DNA of 64,000 bases, taken from positions 9,524 through 73,523 of the IMG/VR virus record IMGVR_UViG_3300027758_000008. One strand, 5' to 3'. The translations under genes and the position numbers were made by a program. The notes under the pieces were generated by a model. That model was not told the DNA's origin. It was given only the letters and a program-made list of their open reading frames with translations, and made no database searches. Below, piece after piece: positions 33,283 to 43,197 of the stretch; the first letter of the stretch is position 1, and each line of letters starts with the position of its first letter. Source of the DNA: a virus.

Positions 33283-34802
33283 TATTTAAAGATAATCCCT
33301 TCTGGGTCAGGCGTATTGGCTGTTAAGTTGAACCCACCAGTTGAGCCTGTTGCAACAATCACTGAACCATCGAAACACCTGATAGGCTGACCACCTGTTG
33401 AGCTTGCAGTGCCGTTCTTGAAGTTAAGTCTAGATGCCGTACAAGACACAGCAACAGTGTTGCCTGTAGTAGTAGCATTGACACTCTGAGCATTAACATC
33501 TGAGCCTCTATTTACAACGATAGGTGTAGCACCAGACGCTGAGTAACCAGTGCAGTCTGCCGTTTCCATCTCGACACACGACGAAGTAATATCAACAGCC
33601 CTTACCGTAGAAGCGCCTGCTGAGAAGTCAGCAGCATAAGCGTTAACCTTAGAGCTAAACTTAACATCCATACAGTTTACGGTTGCACCTGAGCAGTTCA
33701 TCCCGTCGGCGTTCAGTGTTGATGCGTTATCAACCAGCACGTTAGTACCTAGACCGCCTGAGAAGTCAGCGCTTGTCGCTGTGACCGTTGAGCCGCCACC
33801 TATAGCAAGGTTGTACTCCCCGCATCCTGTAGCGCTGCAATCTCTCACGTTAGCAACAGATCCGTTACCAGCCCTTATTCCGCGAGTTCCAGCTCCATCC
33901 CAGATGCTTCCCCTTGCATAAGCAAAGCCGTTGACTAAGTAAAGCCCCCGGCCAGTTGCGTTTTTGACTCCTGCTCCTTGCAGTACTACAACCTTTCCGC
34001 CCCAAGCGGCCATTACGCCGTGCTGCTTGGCACTATCAGCAGAGCCTGACGTGTCCATATTGAACAATACGCCAATATTCGGCAGTTGTCCGCCATTGAC
34101 CGCCAAGAATGCCGGAGTTGAGTTGTAATCCAGATTGGTGATATTCGTCGCTGCTAGTGCGCTGCGCTGAATAGTCACCTCCGCGTCATCAGACGTAATG
34201 GTGCACCCTGACAGGTTGATACCATCTACAATAACCTGCTCTGCCATAACAAAACCAGAAAGCAAGTTTATTGTTACTTTTGGATTAGACGGGGTTAGCC
34301 CTTTTCCTAGTGACAGGTAGAACGCTTGCGCCTCGTTAATGGTTGAGAAGTTCCCGCCAGTGCCAACCGTCCATGTAACATCTGAAGTTATTCCGGCTGC
34401 TGGTGATGAAACAACACTTGCCACACCCCCAACCAACTGCACCTCATAGGGGCCGTCGGAGGCTTGGACTTTGATTGACTCGTCAGCGTCGAATGAATAA
34501 TTCTTACCAGCGAAATAGCCCGATGCAGTAACATCTGCGATAGTGTCAGCGGTAAAATACTGATAGGTTCTGTCTGCCAACTTAACCAAGCAATCACCAT
34601 CTGAGCTAACGATAGCCACAAAGCTATTATTAGGACATAGGCAGTTAATTGTCGCGTTACCAGGATTGTTAAGCGTTACCGATGACAGGTCAAAATAACC
34701 AGCCTGTGACACGGTATAGCGGTCATCGTCGGTTACATACTTAAAGTTATTGCCGGTCTTGGAGCGCGGCATTTGCTCTAGGTTTTTCAGATTAAAGGCC
34801 AT
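33282..34802 (-). CDS. Putative head fibre/appendage: anchor domain plus parallel beta-helix
   Basis: TVGTGGNFSTINEA and repeated beta-helix rungs; N-terminus similar to 1507..2967. Confidence 0.6.
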   Translation of the reverse strand: MAFNLKNLEQMPRSKTGNNFKYVTDDDRYTVSQAGYFDLSSVTLNNPGNATINCLCPNNSFVAIVSSDGDCLVKLADRTYQYFTADTIADVTASGYFAGKNYSFDADESIKVQASDGPYEVQLVGGVASVVSSPAAGITSDVTWTVGTGGNFSTINEAQAFYLSLGKGLTPSNPKVTINLLSGFVMAEQVIVDGINLSGCTITSDDAEVTIQRSALAATNITNLDYNSTPAFLAVNGGQLPNIGVLFNMDTSGSADSAKQHGVMAAWGGKVVVLQGAGVKNATGRGLYLVNGFAYARGSIWDGAGTRGIRAGNGSVANVRDCSATGCGEYNLAIGGGSTVTATSADFSGGLGTNVLVDNASTLNADGMNCSGATVNCMDVKFSSKVNAYAADFSAGASTVRAVDITSSCVEMETADCTGYSASGATPIVVNRGSDVNAQSVNATTTGNTVAVSCTASRLNFKNGTASSTGGQPIRCFDGSVIVATGSTGGFNLTANTPDPEGIIFK

Positions 34803-35425
34803 TACTGCCGCTCCTCCCATTCGAGTTGATAAAGAAATTCGCTATCTGTTGTGCCGTTGATATTCGTAAATACCAACAGGAAAGTATTACCAGCGGCTAC
34901 ACCGGACGCGTTACCACTTGCTGTATAGCTTGATGATGCCCGACTACCGCCACCCGATGTTGGAACAAGGTAAGATGTACCTGTGCGCTTGGGTGCAGTT
35001 GTGCTGAATGATGTTGCAATGCGCTTTTCAATCGTCACGCCGCTTGTGGGATGCGAAGCCAAACCGCTAACAGACAGGTCGTTGTTAATTGGTGAAAGCT
35101 TGGTGCTTGTCACGTCTGCCCACGAGCCGCCGCTAATAGTCTCACTGCCGGTGAACGGGTAAACAATGTATTTGCGACCACCAGCCCACCCGTTAATTAG
35201 GCGCAACTGTAGTTTTAGCGGGTAAACAGTTGTAAACCGATAGATGAGAATATCAGTATCAGCAATCGCATCAGCGCCGCTGCAGTCGTCAAAGAATTTG
35301 AACTGCAAGTTAGCTTCAAAGCTTGATTGCTGATTATCTACAGCAAAGCGCGCAGTGTTTTTGTTTTGCGTGGTCAGCAGAAAGTCTGCCCACGCATTGG
35401 GAATCAATCTATTCAGAATCGCCAT
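34802..35425 (-). CDS. Hypothetical structural protein
   Basis: Likely start MAILNRL at 35425. Confidence 0.6.
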   Translation of the reverse strand: MAILNRLIPNAWADFLLTTQNKNTARFAVDNQQSSFEANLQFKFFDDCSGADAIADTDILIYRFTTVYPLKLQLRLINGWAGGRKYIVYPFTGSETISGGSWADVTSTKLSPINNDLSVSGLASHPTSGVTIEKRIATSFSTTAPKRTGTSYLVPTSGGGSRASSSYTASGNASGVAAGNTFLLVFTNINGTTDSEFLYQLEWEERQ

Positions 35426-35570
35426 TGCTCGCCACCTTCTTACGTCTCGTGCGTTTAGGCTTTGGCGCTTCTTCTGGCTTGAATTTAGCGTCGATGATTT
35501 TGTAACCCTGAGCACGCAATTCTTTTTTGCGTTCAGTCGTTACAGGGTGAGGCTCGTAAATGACTTTCAT
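35409..35570 (-). CDS. Small head-region protein, 53 aa
   Basis: Hand-translated MKVIYEPHPVTTERKKELRAQGYKIIDAKF... Confidence 0.65.
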   Translation of the reverse strand: MKVIYEPHPVTTERKKELRAQGYKIIDAKFKPEEAPKPKRTRRKKVASNGDSE

Positions 35571-35581
35571 AGCTGTCTCAC

Positions 35582-35617
35582 TGGTTAGACCACTTGTTAC
35601 GTACAGTTTACTATAAT
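35582..35617 (+). promoter_or_regulatory. FadR-like box (TGGTTAGACCA, 35582..35592) - 19 nt - TATAAT
   Basis: Upstream of the antisense cassette. Confidence 0.75.
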
Positions 35618-35649
35618 GGCTAGAGTTTAGGCAAATTTGGAGAAGGGGA

Positions 35650-35799
35650 ATGATTGAATCAATAGAGCATGCAAGGCTATTGTACAGAAATGAATACCGC
35701 CTTTGCGCTGAAGTTCTCAGGCTGCCAATTAAGCGTTGCGAGAAAAGAGCACAGGCGGCTTACTTCAAGGCGCTAGGCTACAAAGTGAGGGTTAAGTGA
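35650..35799 (+). CDS. Hypothetical protein, 49 aa (antisense cassette gene 1)
   Basis: Hand-translated; purine-rich RBS. Confidence 0.55.
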   Translation: MIESIEHARLLYRNEYRLCAEVLRLPIKRCEKRAQAAYFKALGYKVRVK

Positions 35800-36161
35800 T
35801 GAATACGCTAACATTAAGGTCATACGAGTGTACTTTAGATATTCAACGCGAGCAGGGCGTGACGCTGGATGCATTTTCCCACTCTAGTGTGCTAATCGAC
35901 CCTCATCGCTACCACCTTGAATTTGAAACAGAGGATACAGAAAGATTTGAACTTGGGGAGAAGTGGGATGTTGCCATTATTGAATATCGCGACCTTAAAG
36001 CATCAAACCCGGCGCTAGCTATTAACGAAGCGCAGAGGTTTGTTTATTCTGGAGCAACATACCACGGAACATTTATCGTTCAACATAAGTGGGAGCACGG
36101 AGTTGAAATGGTTTGCGAAGGTGAGCTTATAGGTGTGATGGAGGGCATTGGTGATGAGTGA
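35799..36161 (+). CDS. Hypothetical protein (antisense cassette gene 2)
   Basis: Coupled ORF. Confidence 0.6.
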   Translation: MNTLTLRSYECTLDIQREQGVTLDAFSHSSVLIDPHRYHLEFETEDTERFELGEKWDVAIIEYRDLKASNPALAINEAQRFVYSGATYHGTFIVQHKWEHGVEMVCEGELIGVMEGIGDE

Positions 36162-36315
36162 AGAAGATTACGAATACATATTCCGTGATAGGCACGAATC
36201 AAGCATTCCGTATATTGACGCGGGGGATTTGGATGATATACGCATTGACGGTAGTTTTTCACTTGGTGAGCTTGAGCGGCTTGTGTGGGCATTAAAGGAT
36301 AGGGAGGGCAAGTGA
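36154..36315 (+). CDS. Hypothetical acidic protein, 53 aa (antisense cassette gene 3)
   Basis: Hand-translated; GGAGG RBS. Confidence 0.55.
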   Translation: MSEEDYEYIFRDRHESSIPYIDAGDLDDIRIDGSFSLGELERLVWALKDREGK

Positions 36316-36617
36316 TGATTAAAGAAACAGCAGTAAACGGCCCGTCATTTGTAAGTCGCTGCGGTGGCGGTCATGGCGGTGCGTGGATAAGCACAAGCGG
36401 CGGGAGCGCTGGATCATCTAGCTTTGGCATCAAAAGCCTTGAAGTTGACACGCGGAAGGGGGTAAGCGTTCCGTACTGGGAAAAGCGCGTCAAGCAGATT
36501 GGAAAAGGTAAGCGGCATTATTTTTATATTGACAAAATGTGGCACTACATTGAGCTTGATGAAGTCTTGCCGCCACTTATTCATTACAATGTCAGAATAA
36601 CAAAAAGCCCCGCGTAA
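36312..36617 (+). CDS. Hypothetical protein (antisense cassette gene 4)
   Basis: Coupled ORF with GGAGG RBS. Confidence 0.6.
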   Translation: MMIKETAVNGPSFVSRCGGGHGGAWISTSGGSAGSSSFGIKSLEVDTRKGVSVPYWEKRVKQIGKGKRHYFYIDKMWHYIELDEVLPPLIHYNVRITKSPA

Positions 36618-36630
36618 GCAGGGCTTCTTT
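36602..36630. terminator. Bidirectional terminator between the capsid gene and the antisense cassette
   Basis: AAAAAGCCC...GGGCTTCTTT. Confidence 0.7.
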
Positions 36631-36643
36631 ATCTTAGCTAACC

Positions 36644-37603
36644 TTATGACTGGTCGCCAACAGTAAGCACACCAGCAGTATGCTTGATGTCTGTTGCGAC
36701 TTTATCCCAGTTAGTGCCGGTTGCAATTTCCGCATCAGTCGGAGACTTACCTCCGTTGGTTTCATCCCAAGCGTAACCTTTCAAGCCAAGACCAAACGTG
36801 TAATCAACCTGCATTGTAGTTTCAATGCGTTGGTTGCCGTTAGTGGTCTCGATGTTGCTGATTACGTCGCCTGCATCGTGAACTACTGCCGCACCTTCAA
36901 CCAGTGAAAGCACTTTGTAGTCAGTGGTCGATACAGTCAGCGCTGGCGCATCGGTAACAACAACCATCTTGCCTAAAATGTCCACAACGCGCACGTTTTG
37001 CGCTTGGAACAGCTGAGGCGTGTTAGTCAGGTTCTGACCAACTAGGTTGTGGTAAGTCGCACCGTTCATAATCTGGCAAACCAGATTGCCTGAGTGGTCG
37101 CCGAACTTAGCATGAGCAGCGTTCATTGCTGAGTAGCTAATGCCATCAGTAGCTGAAACGTCATTGGTAGCCGATGCCTGATTCTCGATAGCTGCAACCA
37201 GTGCCGCAATAGCGGTGTTTAACTGGTCCTGCATCATAGCTTCAGCAAAGTTACGGCTGGCAACTTCGATACCGCGTGCGGTAGGTTGGCGCAACCATGT
37301 AAGTTGTGAAGGCTCATATCGAATCGGGCCAAAGCCACCAGCGATTTTAACGCTTGAGTGCTTCAGTTGGGTCAGGTCGGTCGCAGACGCAGAAGAGTTA
37401 GACGCGTAACGGTCAACACGACGCTGCGCAGAGTGAATAGCCGCAAAGAATGATTCTTGCAGGAAGTCACCGTCAAAGCCTTCTGTAGTCAAACGGATTG
37501 CACCGGCAGACGCTTGGTTAAACTTGTCAACCATTTGTGCCAGAGTTTCAATTGTGGCAGGCATGATGTATTCATTAAATACCTGCATATCTGATAAAGC
37601 CAT
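36644..37603 (-). CDS. Major capsid protein
   Basis: 319 aa; FNQASAGAIRL and GLKGYAWD...GGKSPT; follows the scaffold gene. Confidence 0.85.
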   Translation of the reverse strand: MALSDMQVFNEYIMPATIETLAQMVDKFNQASAGAIRLTTEGFDGDFLQESFFAAIHSAQRRVDRYASNSSASATDLTQLKHSSVKIAGGFGPIRYEPSQLTWLRQPTARGIEVASRNFAEAMMQDQLNTAIAALVAAIENQASATNDVSATDGISYSAMNAAHAKFGDHSGNLVCQIMNGATYHNLVGQNLTNTPQLFQAQNVRVVDILGKMVVVTDAPALTVSTTDYKVLSLVEGAAVVHDAGDVISNIETTNGNQRIETTMQVDYTFGLGLKGYAWDETNGGKSPTDAEIATGTNWDKVATDIKHTAGVLTVGDQS

Positions 37604-37611
37604 AAATCACC

Positions 37612-38328
37612 TCAATTTGGTAAGTTAAATTTACTTGCAAAATAGGCAGCACGACTATTCTTGTCGCCGCCAATGTCGGCCTTTGAGGTGGCACGGCCCC
37701 CGTTACCTGGCCCATTTAAAAGCCCGCCGCCGGTTGTAACGACAGTGGTTTTCAGCAATGGTGCAAAGCTGGCATCCTGTTTGATTTCCGCTTTGAACTC
37801 GTCCAAACTCAATGATGTGGCACGGCCCTCATCATCAAGAAAAACTACCTTTCCGGTTTCCGCGTTAACGTCAATCCGGTCGGAGATAAGGCGCTTAAAC
37901 GCTCTACCACCTGTATCTGTTGCTAATTCTGCCGCAAGGTCAGAAACTAACTCATTTCGTTTACCGGCTTTAATTTGGCCGGTCAATTCGTCGAGCTTTC
38001 CTGTTAACTCATTAATCCGCGATTCGCTGCGGGATTTAAGGTCATCAATCTGCTCCTGATACTGCTTTTCAATTTCGGCAGCATCGCCTTTTGTTCTCGC
38101 CTTCTCCATAGCTTCTGCTTTAGCCTTTTCGATGGCTTCAAGTTTCTGCGCTTCAAACTCACTTAACTGGGTTTGCGCTTGCTTCCACTTGCTGTCTAAA
38201 TCGTTCGCGGTTTGCTTAACTTTAAGCATCCCCTTATGGCTAAAACCTTCACCGTCTTCCACATATTGCTCTTTTGCGAAATCCGGTAATTCCTCGTATT
38301 GCTCTTTGGTTAGTTCTGACATTGGCAC
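37612..38328 (-). CDS. Capsid scaffolding protein
   Basis: Charged coiled coil with Gly-rich tail, between portal and MCP. Confidence 0.75.
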   Translation of the reverse strand: MPMSELTKEQYEELPDFAKEQYVEDGEGFSHKGMLKVKQTANDLDSKWKQAQTQLSEFEAQKLEAIEKAKAEAMEKARTKGDAAEIEKQYQEQIDDLKSRSESRINELTGKLDELTGQIKAGKRNELVSDLAAELATDTGGRAFKRLISDRIDVNAETGKVVFLDDEGRATSLSLDEFKAEIKQDASFAPLLKTTVVTTGGGLLNGPGNGGRATSKADIGGDKNSRAAYFASKFNLPN

Positions 38329-38331
38329 GGC

Positions 38332-39876
38332 CTATGTTTCTTGAGGCTCCACGGGAGTCTCTTCTTCTTGGATATTTTGTACCGATTGGTTTACGTTGTC
38401 AACTGGTCGGGCCACCGGTGCATCTGCCACCTCCATTTCCAGCTCTTCGACAATTACGTCAATCTCTTCACTAGTCCAGCCGCCTTTCTCAAGTTGGCGC
38501 ATGAATTCTTTCTGGCTGATTTCGCGGTCAATACGCAATTCACGCAGCACCCGAACCTCATCAACAGTTAATCGTGGTGTTGCAAAGTCGCGAGGCAGGT
38601 CAATGGATACCTCACCGCTCTTACCCTCAAACACCATGCAATATTCAATAACGCGAATAAACGCACTTTCGATGCTGGTCGATAATGATTCAAGCATGGC
38701 ATTCTGGTCGCTGGCATTAATGTCTGCCTCAGTCGCCGTCATGGTGCCAACGTCTGACTTAACAGCCCCACCCATCTCTGATATTTCTTTTTTGTTGTGC
38801 TCGAAATACCACTGGAAATCTGACATTTCAGCCGACGCGCTTTTAACGTCTACTGTTACACCTTCAGGCAGGTTATTTACTGAGCCTGGACCTGTGGCTA
38901 CGTATGCGCGACCGTTGTTAGCCTCTTTGAATATCTTGCCGTCACCCTCTTTCCACCCTTCAGTGTAGGTGGTAGGTGCTAAGTTGCGTTGAGTCTCTTT
39001 GTACGCAGCAGACACACGATAACGGTGCAATGTTTTTAGGCAGACAGGGTAAATATAACCCATGCCGCACGGTAGCTTGTGGTCTTTGATTTTCTCAAGT
39101 GATACGAATTCAGCAGGTATGTACTTTAGCGGAGCGCCGCCAACCATCACATAGGAGCGCTCACCTTTCTGCTGCTTCTTATTGCTGTTGTAAATGATTT
39201 TCTGCTGGTAGTAATTGCCTTCGTCATCGAGCGCCAGGATCAAGTAAGATTCAATGTCGTCATGACTCATTGTCTCTTCGTCGAATTCTGTGCCGCGCTC
39301 AAGTAATGCAAGAAACGTTAACTGCGACACGCCGTTGCGTTTACCAAATGCCCAGTTAACCACATTTTTTCGAGAGTAAACTTTAATCTTTGCGCGCGGG
39401 TTCGCTGCGTCTGATTGCTCTTTGCTAACGTCGGTCAAGTCAACATCACCTAAGCCGTTATAGTCAGCAGCCACGACGCACCAGTTATCAACCAGTGAAT
39501 CAGAAGCCGCTACTTCCATTAACTCGTAAATAGAACAGCCGTTGCCGTCAGCATCTTCTTCAAGGTAGTCAAGCGGTATTTTTGTCGCAGTATCATCTAT
39601 ACGCATCTTGCCAAGTAGTGAGCGCAACGTTTTGGCTGGGTAATCATCAAACTCAGCACCAGCGATGAATTCACGATAGCGGATAATCGCGTCATCTGTT
39701 TCGGTGTCAACCTGTGACGGGTGCGGCAGGTAAGTGTAGGTCATCGACTTAACCCTATCCTCACCTTGCAAACAATCCTCAGCAACTGACATTTGGAGCG
39801 CTGCGAATGGATAGTCTGGATGAGACTCAATACTCACCACTACCTTTGTTCTAATGCCATTGCTGATAATGTACAT
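38332..39876 (-). CDS. Portal protein (DUF4055-like)
   Basis: 514 aa; HPDY, YLPHP, NVVNW, TATEA motifs; acidic tail. Confidence 0.85.
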   Translation of the reverse strand: MYIISNGIRTKVVVSIESHPDYPFAALQMSVAEDCLQGEDRVKSMTYTYLPHPSQVDTETDDAIIRYREFIAGAEFDDYPAKTLRSLLGKMRIDDTATKIPLDYLEEDADGNGCSIYELMEVAASDSLVDNWCVVAADYNGLGDVDLTDVSKEQSDAANPRAKIKVYSRKNVVNWAFGKRNGVSQLTFLALLERGTEFDEETMSHDDIESYLILALDDEGNYYQQKIIYNSNKKQQKGERSYVMVGGAPLKYIPAEFVSLEKIKDHKLPCGMGYIYPVCLKTLHRYRVSAAYKETQRNLAPTTYTEGWKEGDGKIFKEANNGRAYVATGPGSVNNLPEGVTVDVKSASAEMSDFQWYFEHNKKEISEMGGAVKSDVGTMTATEADINASDQNAMLESLSTSIESAFIRVIEYCMVFEGKSGEVSIDLPRDFATPRLTVDEVRVLRELRIDREISQKEFMRQLEKGGWTSEEIDVIVEELEMEVADAPVARPVDNVNQSVQNIQEEETPVEPQET

Positions 39877-39902
39877 AATTAACCTTTACTCGTTTTGCTC
39901 CA

Positions 39903-39931
39903 ATTTTAGCCACTGGTCTAACCACTTACAA
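39903..39931 (-). promoter_or_regulatory. Portal promoter TTGTAA-17-TAAAAT with the box (39914..39924) in the spacer
   Basis: Identical to 384..412. Confidence 0.7.
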
Positions 39932-41026
39932 GCCCAATCGCTTAAATACTGTCGATTCCTCTTGCTCAAGCTCGTTTAATGTGATTGTGCGTCCTGTCAT
40001 ATCCGTGAATTTGGATAGCGATAATTTACCGTCAAGAAACAATTTAGCCCTTGTGGTGCCAAGCGATGATTCAACAAACCATCTAGGCTGTCTGCGCAAC
40101 CATGCCTCGTGGCTGGTATCGCTTCTAACTGTTGTCGGGTCGAATGCGTCTTTGTCGCGCTTGCCTCGATACTTGGGTTTGCCATCTGTGCGGGCTTCTT
40201 TCTTCTCAAACGCCTCTTTTGCTGCCGGTCCTGATTTACCGCCTATGGCAACCTGCTGACCTGTTAGCTCGAATCCTTCGGGCCCATAGATTAGTGTGCT
40301 ACGACAAAAATAGTGGAGAGGAGGAACCGGTAACTTCGGGTCATCAGCCTTAAACCGTTTTTTAGAATTGTTGCGACATATCAAACTAGTCCGATTATCC
40401 CACACAGCAACGAATATCGCTTCCTGATAGTACTTAGGGTGCGCAGATACATTGGCTCGTCTCGCCTGTTGTACGTAATGCGTGAAGGCTGTTCTGGCTA
40501 ATGACTCAGCGCGGGTTTTCAGTGTGCCGTCAAACTCAGCGCGGATATTCTTTATCACCTGATTAACTGTCTCGGCGCGTGAATAGCCCTGTCGAACCAT
40601 TGACATAATGCGCTGATTGCGTCCGGCGTTATTACCAGTGATGAATTCATCCCAGAAGCCAGCCTGCTTTGACTGCTCCATGACAATCATTTGCTCGCCG
40701 ATAAACGATAGGATTTCATTTCTCGCCGGTGGCGTTAGCTCAGTATTGCGAAGCATGTAACGCACTTCATACAATGCCGCCTCTTGCATATCCTTGGTGT
40801 AATCGGCCCAGCCTGAGTTCAATTCGATGATGCGTTGTATGCGCTTCTCGATAGTCTCAAGCTGTTTTGGCGTGCGTGGTAAGCCGCCGTCAAGAATAAG
40901 CAGCCTGATTAACCGGTACGTTTCCTCTAACCCTGGATACACAGACGCGTTGATATACCCTGAATTTAACCTATCAAGGTATACCTCGTGCATTAATTGT
41001 GCGTCTAGGTTTATTGTGATTGTCAT
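39926..41026 (-). CDS. Head morphogenesis protein (gp7/gpF family), second copy
   Basis: Same length as 407..1507 with a handful of amino-acid changes. Confidence 0.85.
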   Translation of the reverse strand: MTITINLDAQLMHEVYLDRLNSGYINASVYPGLEETYRLIRLLILDGGLPRTPKQLETIEKRIQRIIELNSGWADYTKDMQEAALYEVRYMLRNTELTPPARNEILSFIGEQMIVMEQSKQAGFWDEFITGNNAGRNQRIMSMVRQGYSRAETVNQVIKNIRAEFDGTLKTRAESLARTAFTHYVQQARRANVSAHPKYYQEAIFVAVWDNRTSLICRNNSKKRFKADDPKLPVPPLHYFCRSTLIYGPEGFELTGQQVAIGGKSGPAAKEAFEKKEARTDGKPKYRGKRDKDAFDPTTVRSDTSHEAWLRRQPRWFVESSLGTTRAKLFLDGKLSLSKFTDMTGRTITLNELEQEESTVFKRLGL

Positions 41027-42405
41027 CCAAACCTCGGTGCGGCTGCTGGTTTATTATAGTTTATTATCATATCTTGGACAGCATCCATCATAGGGTCTAT
41101 TTGGTCATCATGCTTGCCGTTAGGGAATAGTGAATGCTCACGGATAAACTCAGGTAAGAATTGCGAATCTCTAGGAAGAAATACGCGCCCAGACTCTATT
41201 ACCGGAGCAGCGTCATACGCTCTAGTAATTTTATCTCTGTTCCTTTGTATATCGCCAACTAGCATTCTTTTTTGCCTCATCTGCTGGATAAGCCCTGTTC
41301 CGCTTGCTTTGTCCTCTATCTTCATTCTTCTTAGGTTACCATTTTTATTAGATGAATGCTTCATCCAAAACATTTCTGCCATCTGCAATAATTGCGGTGC
41401 TTCCCATTTACCTCTAAGTTGGTCTATAAGATAAATGCCGCCTTCCGATTTACCCCAGCACTGAAAAACAGAATAGTCGTTTTCTTCGCCTGTCTTTTGG
41501 GCGGTATCCGCATAAATCATTCTATATTCAAACTCAGGCTCTTTGTCGTAAAACCTCCACCAATCATCCTTAAATATGCCGCCTCCAATAGGGCTAGGCT
41601 CCTGCATCATCTGCCCTGAAAACATGTAAGTGTTGGATGCTCTAAGCCTGTGCAAATCTTCAGTGACAAATTGTCCATCCCAAAACGTTTTGTCGCTTTC
41701 GTCAAGCGCAGGTATCTTAATATGTTCCCAATCTTCGCCGTTTCCGCCATTTAGCAAGAAGCCGCTCAAGTCGTCCTCATGCAACCTTTGCATGATAACA
41801 ATGATTGGTGTGTCTGGTGAGTTCTTACGGCTCTCCATGGTGGTGCTAAACCAATCGATGACATTCTGCCTCATAGTATCACTGTTAGCTTCACCAGCCT
41901 TGTGTGGGTCATCTATGATTATTGCTCCGCCAAAGTAATCGCGCATCTTCCCAGCGCCATACCCCGTAATTGTGCCTTCTGCGCCAGTAGCGTAGACAAT
42001 GCCGCCATCTGACGTTCTGAATTCATCCTTGGCTCTTGAGTCGTTCTGCATCATCACATGCGGGAATATCTCGGCGTATTTCTCGTGCTGCATTATTGCG
42101 CGTGTTGCATACGCGTTTGCTGTAGCAAGTCGCTTTGAGTACGACGCGTGAATAAACTCAGAATCAGGGAAGTTACCCATGCACCATGCCATAAAATTAA
42201 TCACAGCTAACTCTGTTTTACCTGAGCGTGGCGGCACGTTTATTATAAGTCTCTTTATTTGCCCAGTAACGATACGCTCAAGTGCATTGCATATTATGTC
42301 TTGGTGCCAATTATGCTTTAGGTCAGCGCCTTTTCTTGCGCTGAATAGCGTGCGGGTAAACATGAGTAAATCTGTGCGGTTATCAGCTATCTCATTCGGC
42401 GTCAT
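41023..42405 (-). CDS. terL: Terminase large subunit, Terminase_6-type
   Basis: INVPPRSGKT, IIIDDPHK, IMQRLH, YADTA, IEDKASG, HDDQIDPM. Confidence 0.95.
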   Translation of the reverse strand: MTPNEIADNRTDLLMFTRTLFSARKGADLKHNWHQDIICNALERIVTGQIKRLIINVPPRSGKTELAVINFMAWCMGNFPDSEFIHASYSKRLATANAYATRAIMQHEKYAEIFPHVMMQNDSRAKDEFRTSDGGIVYATGAEGTITGYGAGKMRDYFGGAIIIDDPHKAGEANSDTMRQNVIDWFSTTMESRKNSPDTPIIVIMQRLHEDDLSGFLLNGGNGEDWEHIKIPALDESDKTFWDGQFVTEDLHRLRASNTYMFSGQMMQEPSPIGGGIFKDDWWRFYDKEPEFEYRMIYADTAQKTGEENDYSVFQCWGKSEGGIYLIDQLRGKWEAPQLLQMAEMFWMKHSSNKNGNLRRMKIEDKASGTGLIQQMRQKRMLVGDIQRNRDKITRAYDAAPVIESGRVFLPRDSQFLPEFIREHSLFPNGKHDDQIDPMMDAVQDMIINYNKPAAAPRFG

Positions 42406-43102
42406 ACTTTGCGCCCTTACTTAAGTTGTCTTTAGCCCATAATGGCTGTAGATTATCTAAAGCGTTTATAACTTTTGGATCTGTTTCACCCTCTGAAATA
42501 AAGACAGATACGGGCTTTATATGGTCAATATGCCATTCTCCGTGATTTTTCCAGCTCATCCCCTCAGTGAACTTTGATTCCATGTTTGCTCTCAACTCAT
42601 CTTTTGAGTATCCAAGCTCTAATTCTGTTTTGGTTTTCTTCTTTCTGCCAGTTATTAGAATTATTCTTGCAAGAAGTTTTCTGCACAATATGTAAGGCTT
42701 GTTGTCTGGGTTTGCATTGAATTTTCTAGAGTATCTTCTAGATATAGACCTCCTTTTCTCAGGATTGTCACTAGCCCATTTAGCCGCGTACTCTATCTTT
42801 TTTTGTTTCGCATTTTGATATTCTTTTTGTCTGCAACCTGGATTGTCCCTTCTCCATTTTGCCGCCCTTTCTATTGCTGCCTGTTTGTTTTCTTGGTAGT
42901 ACTTCTTTGACTTCTCTCTGTATTCAGGGTCTCTTTCCAGCGCCCTTTTGTATAAAACATCATAACCTATCTCTGCCGCCTTTTTGTTGTTATACGAGTT
43001 CCTGCAAGACTTGCAGTGCGACATTTTGCCTGATTTTTTTGATTTGCAATTATGGAAGTCATCGAGTGACTTGATGGTTTTACATTTTGTGCATTGTTTC
43101 AT
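42392..43102 (-). CDS. HNH endonuclease (free-standing, homing-type)
   Basis: WHIDHIKP...NLQPLWAKDNLSKG; N-terminal CxxC pairs. Confidence 0.85.
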   Translation of the reverse strand: MKQCTKCKTIKSLDDFHNCKSKKSGKMSHCKSCRNSYNNKKAAEIGYDVLYKRALERDPEYREKSKKYYQENKQAAIERAAKWRRDNPGCRQKEYQNAKQKKIEYAAKWASDNPEKRRSISRRYSRKFNANPDNKPYILCRKLLARIILITGRKKKTKTELELGYSKDELRANMESKFTEGMSWKNHGEWHIDHIKPVSVFISEGETDPKVINALDNLQPLWAKDNLSKGAKYDAE

Positions 43103-43197
43103 GTGACACCTCTGCTAAAGGTTAGCTTGAAGGGATTGCGGCAACCACTAGCAAGGTGGATTTCGTCTGGCCGGACTAGCCGCAACTTTGATTATAC

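Larger units (their letters stand above)
1..39519. mobile_element. One full genome-length period of a ~39.5 kb siphovirus-like phage (packaging, accessory, replication, lysis, tail and head genes)
   Basis: Complete gene set from portal to portal; 1..1507 recurs with scattered substitutions at 39520..41026 (offset 39519). No integrase or host gene seen. Confidence 0.9.

Noticed and set aside
33052-33390. Plus-strand 112-aa ORF
   Set aside because: Antisense to the late operon; the minus-strand amber-containing frame fits the gap better.
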